Source: Acidobacteriota bacterium
GTDB taxonomy: Bacteria; Acidobacteriota; Vicinamibacteria; Vicinamibacterales; CAVVIG01
DNA length: 64,000 nucleotides
Assembly (NCBI GenBank): GCA_046728115.1
Contig: JBKPDW010000197.1
Location: 16,151-80,150 of the forward strand
Reading direction: 5' to 3'
Both the position numbers and the translations under genes were made by a program. Shown piece by piece: positions 54,962 to 64,000 of the stretch; position 1 is the first letter of the stretch, and each line of letters starts with the position of its first letter. The notes below the pieces were generated by a model. That model was not told the DNA's origin. It was given only the letters and a program-made list of their open reading frames with translations, and searched no databases.

Positions 54962-55059
54962 CGAGAGGCGCGGATTGGGGCTCGGCGACTGGGGATTGCG
55001 GTTTGGAAAAAGAGAGTTCCTCTCATCCCTGCTCCCTGCTCTCAGATCGCTGCTCTTGA

Positions 55060-55135
55060 AGGCCAGTAGCTCAATTGGCAGAGCACCGGTCTCCAAAACC
55101 GGGGGTTGGGGGTTCGATTCCCTCCTGGCCTGCCA
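55060..55135 (+). tRNA. tRNA-Trp (anticodon CCA), CCA encoded
   Basis: aggccagtagctcaattggcagagca ccggtCTCCAAAaccgg gggttgggggttcgattccctc ctggcctGCCA. Confidence 0.93.
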
Positions 55136-55301
55136 GCCTTCGCTCGCGGCTGCATCACGACAGCGAGCTACGGCCTGGCAAGCCGAAGCGCTGAGCGCGA
55201 AGGTTGCGCTCGGCGAGCCCGGCGGAGGCTGTCTCGTCGAAGCGCGAAGGCGGACCCGTAGCGGAGGCGGACAAATCGTCGGAAGCAGGAAGTAGAAAGA
55301 C
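55136..55301 (+). repeat. tRNA-trailing structured spacer, copy 3
   Basis: GCCTTCGCTCGCGGCTGCATCACGACAGCGAGCTACGGC...GCTGAGCGCGAAGG...GTCGAAGCGCGAAGGCGGACCCGTAGCGG. It precedes secE. Confidence 0.6.
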
Positions 55302-55550
55302 ATGGCAGAAACCACAACGCTCGAGACAGTAAAGGGCGCGACCGGCGGACGGATCGAACGCATCCGTCTGTTTCTCAGCGAGGTCCGCAACGAGCTGAAG
55401 CGCGTGACGTGGCCGTCGCAGAAAGAGGTCTACGCCACGACGGTTGTCGTGATCCTGACGTCGGTGTTCTTCGGCGTCTACTTGTTCGCGCTCGATCAGA
55501 TTCTGCTCACCACGGTGCAGTGGGTTTTCAGGAAGTTCGGTGCGGCGTAG
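55302..55550 (+). CDS. secE: Preprotein translocase subunit SecE
   Basis: FLSEVRNELKRVTWPSQKEVYATTVVVILTSVFFGVYLFALD. Confidence 0.9.
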   Translation: MAETTTLETVKGATGGRIERIRLFLSEVRNELKRVTWPSQKEVYATTVVVILTSVFFGVYLFALDQILLTTVQWVFRKFGAA

Positions 55551-56093
55551 ATGACCGACGACGCTCAGAAGAACTGGTACATCGTCCATACCTACTCGGG
55601 GTTCGAGAAGAAGGTCGCCGAGTCTCTGACCGAGCGCGTCAATGCGTACGGGCTGCAGAACGACATCGGCGAAGTGCTCATCCCGACAGAGGACGTGGTC
55701 GAGATGCGGGCGGGCAAGAAAGTCGTGACCGCGAAGCGGTTCTTCCCGGGCTATATCCTGGTCGAGATGAACATGTCCGACCACGCGTGGCACGTGGTGA
55801 AAAACACGCCGAAGGTGACGGGTTTTGTCGGCGCAGGCGCGAAGCCGACGCCGCTCAGCAAGGACGAGGTCGAGCAAATTCTGCAGCAGGTGCGCACGGC
55901 CGCGGAGAAGCCGAAGCCGAAGTACATGTTCGAAAAGGGCGAGCAGGTGCGGATCAACGAAGGGCCGTTCACCAGCTTCAACGGCGTGGTCGACGAGGTG
56001 AACGTCGACAAGAACACGTTGAAGGTCATGGTGACGATCTTCGGACGCTCCACGCCGGTGGAATTGGATTTCCTGCAGGTGGAGAAGATCTAG
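55551..56093 (+). CDS. nusG: Transcription termination/antitermination factor NusG
   Basis: [24 protein letters not shown], and the KOW motif [18 protein letters not shown]. Confidence 0.95.
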   Translation: MTDDAQKNWYIVHTYSGFEKKVAESLTERVNAYGLQNDIGEVLIPTEDVVEMRAGKKVVTAKRFFPGYILVEMNMSDHAWHVVKNTPKVTGFVGAGAKPTPLSKDEVEQILQQVRTAAEKPKPKYMFEKGEQVRINEGPFTSFNGVVDEVNVDKNTLKVMVTIFGRSTPVELDFLQVEKI

Positions 56094-56155
56094 TCACGGG
56101 AGGACACGGATAAAGACCGGGGAGCGCAAGGATCCGTGGCTTCCGTGTGCGCGCG
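56094..56155 (+). repeat. Degenerate member of the CACGGAGGACAC palindrome family (copy F)
   Basis: TCACGGGAGGACACGGATaaagaccggggagcgcaaggATCCGTGGCTTCCGTGTG. Lies between nusG and rplK. Confidence 0.45.
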
Positions 56156-56191
56156 TCGGGATGGCCGTGACCTCCGAGGTAGAGCAGTCAG

Positions 56192-56617
56192 ATGGCGAAA
56201 AAAGTTCAAGCAATGGTGAAGCTCCAGATCGCGGCGGGGAAGGCCACGCCGGCGCCGCCTGTGGGGACCGCGCTCGGTCCGCAGGGCATCAACATCATGG
56301 ACTTCTGCAAGAACTTCAATTCGAAGACGGCGAAGGACGAAGGGCTCATCATTCCCGTTGTCGTCACCGTGTATGCCGACCGGTCCTATTCGTTCATCAC
56401 GAAGACGCCGCCGGCAGCCGTGCTGCTGAAGCGCGCAGCGAATATTGCCAAGGGATCGGCCGAACCCAACAAGAACAAGGTGGGCACGGTGACCAGGAAG
56501 CAGGTCGAGGAGATCGCGAAGATCAAGCTGCCCGACCTGAACGCCGAGTCGCTCGAAGCGGCAGTCAAGACCGTGGCCGGAACGGCGCGGTCGATGGGGC
56601 TGGATGTAATCGGGTAG
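56192..56617 (+). CDS. rplK: 50S ribosomal protein L11
   Basis: [43 protein letters not shown]. Confidence 0.97.
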   Translation: MAKKVQAMVKLQIAAGKATPAPPVGTALGPQGINIMDFCKNFNSKTAKDEGLIIPVVVTVYADRSYSFITKTPPAAVLLKRAANIAKGSAEPNKNKVGTVTRKQVEEIAKIKLPDLNAESLEAAVKTVAGTARSMGLDVIG

Positions 56618-56625
56618 GGACCATG

Positions 56626-56688
56626 GCTGATTGCAAATCGCCAATTGCAAATTGAAACGAGCAATTAGCAGTCTGCAACCTGCAATGA
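56626..56688. repeat. ATTGCAAAT/CAATTGC word spacer between rplK and rplA (same word family as 38370-38460)
   Basis: GCTGATTGCAAATCGCCAATTGCAAATTGaaacgaGCAATTAGCAGtctGCAAcctGCAATgag. Confidence 0.65.
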
Positions 56689-56734
56689 GAGGCGTGGGAG
56701 GGTCGAAAGACCCGTTCGAACCACGGGAGGATGC

Positions 56735-57439
56735 ATGAAGAAACGCGGCAAGAAGTTCACAGCGGCAAAAGCGCAGGTCGGCGATCGAACCTACTCGATC
56801 GAAGACGCGATGCCGTTGATGCAGAAAGTGAAATTCGCGAAGTTCGATGAAACCGTCGAGCTCTCGCTTCGCCTCGGCGTCGATCCGAAACACGCGGATC
56901 AGATGGTGAGGGGCACGGTCGTGCTGCCGCACGGCCTGGGAAAGAGCAAGCGCGTGCTCGCCATCGCCGGCGGCGAAAAGCAGAAGGAAGCGCAGGACGC
57001 CGGCGCCGACGTCGTCGGTGGCGAGGACATGGTGGAGAAGATCCAGGGTGGCTTCATGGACTTCGATGCCGTCGTGGCCACACCCGACATGATGCGCGCC
57101 GTCGGCAGGTTGGGGAAGGTGCTCGGTCCGCGCGGTCTGATGCCGAACCCGAAGACGGGCACCGTCACGACGGACATTAGCAAGGCCGTAAAGGAAATCA
57201 AAGCGGGCAAGGTCGAATTCCGCGTCGACAAGACCGGGATCATTCATGCGCCGCTCGGCAAGACATCGTTTGCCATTCCGTCGCTCGTCGCCAACGCGCA
57301 TGCGCTGGTCGAGAGCATTGTGAAGGCAAAGCCGGCGGCCGCGAAAGGCAAGTACCTGAGAAGCGTCACCGTATCGTCGACGATGGGGCCGGGGATCAAG
57401 ATCGATACGACGAATATTGAGGCGGCGGCGAAGCACTGA
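56735..57439 (+). CDS. rplA: 50S ribosomal protein L1
   Basis: [31 protein letters not shown], and [15 protein letters not shown]. Confidence 0.97.
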   Translation: MKKRGKKFTAAKAQVGDRTYSIEDAMPLMQKVKFAKFDETVELSLRLGVDPKHADQMVRGTVVLPHGLGKSKRVLAIAGGEKQKEAQDAGADVVGGEDMVEKIQGGFMDFDAVVATPDMMRAVGRLGKVLGPRGLMPNPKTGTVTTDISKAVKEIKAGKVEFRVDKTGIIHAPLGKTSFAIPSLVANAHALVESIVKAKPAAAKGKYLRSVTVSSTMGPGIKIDTTNIEAAAKH

Positions 57440-57440
57440 A

Positions 57441-57490
57441 GATCGGGGATTGGGATTGGAAGACAGCGATCAGGCGTAGGGATTCGGGGT
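57441..57490. repeat. GGGATT word spacer upstream of rplJ
   Basis: gatcGGGGATTGGGATTGGaagacagcgatcaggcgtaGGGATTCGGGG. Confidence 0.6.
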
Positions 57491-57503
57491 TAAAGGACAC
57501 GTA

Positions 57504-58034
57504 ATGGCAGTCACCAAAGCGGACAAAGCCGCCGAACTCGAACAGATCGAGACGGCATTGAAGGGCAGCGAGAGCGCGATCCTGGTGGACTACAAGGGGA
57601 TCAACGTCCCACAGGTCACCGAGCTGCGCCGTCAATTGCGATCGGCGAAGGCGACGTACAAGGTCGTCAAGAACACGCTGGCGAAGCGCGCGCTCAAGGG
57701 CACGAAGTTCGAGTCGTTCGAGAAATTCTTCGAGGGCACGACCGCGATCGCCTACACATCCACGGATCCGGTTGCGCTCGCCAAAACGCTGACGACGTTC
57801 GTCAAGACCGCTCCAACGTTGACGATCAAAGCGGCCGTTGTGCAGGGCCGCGCGATCAAGCCGGCAGAAGTGACCGATCTGGCAGCGTTGCCGGGCAAGC
57901 CGGAGCTGTACGCCAAGCTCCTCTTCGTCCTGCAGGCACCGATGGTACAGATCGTCAGCGTGCTGAACGCCGCACCGCGCGATTTGCTGAGCGTGCTCGT
58001 GCAGGCTGAAAAGAAGCGCGCCGGGGCGAGCTAG
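57504..58034 (+). CDS. rplJ: 50S ribosomal protein L10
   Basis: ILVDYKGINVPQVTELRRQLR...YKVVKNTLAKRA. Confidence 0.95.
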   Translation: MAVTKADKAAELEQIETALKGSESAILVDYKGINVPQVTELRRQLRSAKATYKVVKNTLAKRALKGTKFESFEKFFEGTTAIAYTSTDPVALAKTLTTFVKTAPTLTIKAAVVQGRAIKPAEVTDLAALPGKPELYAKLLFVLQAPMVQIVSVLNAAPRDLLSVLVQAEKKRAGAS

Positions 58035-58040
58035 CGCCGC

Positions 58041-58118
58041 GACCAGGGACCAGGGCTTGGGGATTCGTAAAACAGGGATTAGAGGCGAGGGATTAGTCGT
58101 TCGGATCGGGATTAGATC
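58041..58118. repeat. GGGATTAG word array upstream of rplL
   Basis: GACCAGGGACCAGGGcttGGGGATTCGtaaaacAGGGATTAGaggcgAGGGATTAGtcgttcggatcGGGATTAGatc. Confidence 0.7.
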
Positions 58119-58129
58119 AGGAGAGCACA

Positions 58130-58522
58130 ATGGCCGAAGTGACGCAGCAGCAGGTTGTCGATTACATCAAAGGCATCAGCGTACTCGAGCTCTCGCAGCT
58201 CGTGAAAACACTCGAGAGCGAGCTCGGCGTCTCGGCAGCGGCCGCCATGCCGATGGCGATGCCAATGGCGGGTGCCGCGGGCGGCGGTGCGGCGGCTCCG
58301 GCTGAAGAGAAGACCGAATTCAACGTCGTGCTGACCGAAATCGGTACCAACAAGATCAACGTCATCAAGATCGTGCGCGAGATCACCGCGCTCGGTCTCA
58401 AGGAAGCCAAGGATCTCGTCGAAGGTGCCCCGAAGAACGTGAAGGAAGGCGTCCCGAAGGATGAGGCCGAGGCCATCAAGAAGAAGTTCGAGGAAGTCGG
58501 CGCCAAAGTCGAGATCAAGTGA
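58130..58522 (+). CDS. rplL: 50S ribosomal protein L7/L12
   Basis: [19 protein letters not shown]..., and the C-terminus [42 protein letters not shown]. Confidence 0.97.
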   Translation: MAEVTQQQVVDYIKGISVLELSQLVKTLESELGVSAAAAMPMAMPMAGAAGGGAAAPAEEKTEFNVVLTEIGTNKINVIKIVREITALGLKEAKDLVEGAPKNVKEGVPKDEAEAIKKKFEEVGAKVEIK

Positions 58523-58645
58523 TCTGAGGATCTGAGGATCTGAGGATGTAAGGATATAAGGATGTGAGGATGTGAGGCTATAGGTGAGGATGTAAGAATC
58601 CTCCAATCGATCCTCAGATCCTCACGTTCTCGATTCCTCAGATTG
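58521..58645 (+). repeat. 8-nt periodic GAT(N)T(R)AG / RAGGAU array plus inverted ATCCTC copies in the rplL-rpoB spacer
   Basis: GATCTGAG x3, GATGTAAG, GATATAAG, GATGTGAG x2, GCTATAGGTGAG, GATGTAAG. These are followed by AATCCTCC AATC GATCCTCA GATCCTCA cgttctc GATTCCTCA GATTG. Confidence 0.85.
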
Positions 58646-58681
58646 TGTGTGGCGCTCCGTCTTTTCCTCGAGGTTTAACGA

Positions 58682-62974
<4,293 letters not shown>

Positions 62975-63058
62975 CTGCGGCGGCGGATGTAGGGCGGCCC
63001 TTTCAGGGCCACCAACCCACGCGGGCCTGACCGGCTCGCGCTACATGCGAAGGGGAAT

Positions 63059-64000
<942 letters not shown>

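Noticed and set aside
58521-58645. CRISPR-like or other spacer-repeat array, considered for this and the other word arrays.
   Set aside because: The units are only 7-9 nt, directly abutting with no unique spacers. No cas genes are present in the window. The architecture is tandem plus inverted, not repeat-spacer.

Overview
High-GC bacterial chromosomal segment, G+C judged by eye and not computed. It is probably Acidobacteriota-like. That inference rests on a VWFA-related acidobacterial-type protein, a PadR regulator followed by 'permease-prefix'-type membrane proteins, and general gene content.

The window is almost entirely core housekeeping DNA. Gene order:
- partial nei (Fpg/Nei glycosylase), a secreted repeat protein, lhr helicase, a small coiled-coil ORF, and a tandem SagB/nitroreductase-type protein
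- a 12-gene NADH dehydrogenase operon (nuoA-F, H, J-N, with no nuoG or nuoI), with a TPR protein and a VWA protein appended
- a PadR module, selA, two hypotheticals, a cold-shock protein, and purH
- an LPS-core cluster on the minus strand (Trm112-like, GT9 heptosyltransferase, O-antigen-ligase-like, heptose-7-P kinase)
- TPR protein, LolB-like lipoprotein, ispE, tRNA-Gln, prs, rplY, pth, rpsF, rpsR, rplI, dnaB
- GntR/ABC module, secreted protein, alr, radA, dienelactone hydrolase, plsC, ispDF, gltX, rlmB
- the classical tRNA-Thr/Tyr/Gly/Thr-tuf-rpmG-tRNA-Trp-secE-nusG-rplKAJL-rpoB-rpoC(partial) region

I found no prophage, transposase, CRISPR array, toxin-antitoxin pair or recognisable defence island. 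I cannot honestly claim a new multi-gene protein system here.

The features that existing annotation does not explain are non-coding. Nearly every intergenic spacer is built from a locus-specific 7-9 nt 'word' that is repeated in tandem and then mirrored as inverted copies. One GC-rich member (CACCACGGAGGACAC...GTGTCCTCCGTGGTGGAGAG, about 85-90 bp) occurs at least 5 times in one orientation. It sometimes supplies Shine-Dalgarno sequences, a coupled micro-ORF, or the 3' end of a gene.

Other notable points:
- an eight-cysteine double zinc-ribbon insertion near the N-terminus of RpoB
- homologous structured spacers directly after three tRNAs
- an intrinsic-terminator-like hairpin inside the csp leader
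- a nuo operon lacking nuoG and nuoI
- an orphan selA

All calls come from reading the sequence and the ORF track. No searches or folding programs were run.
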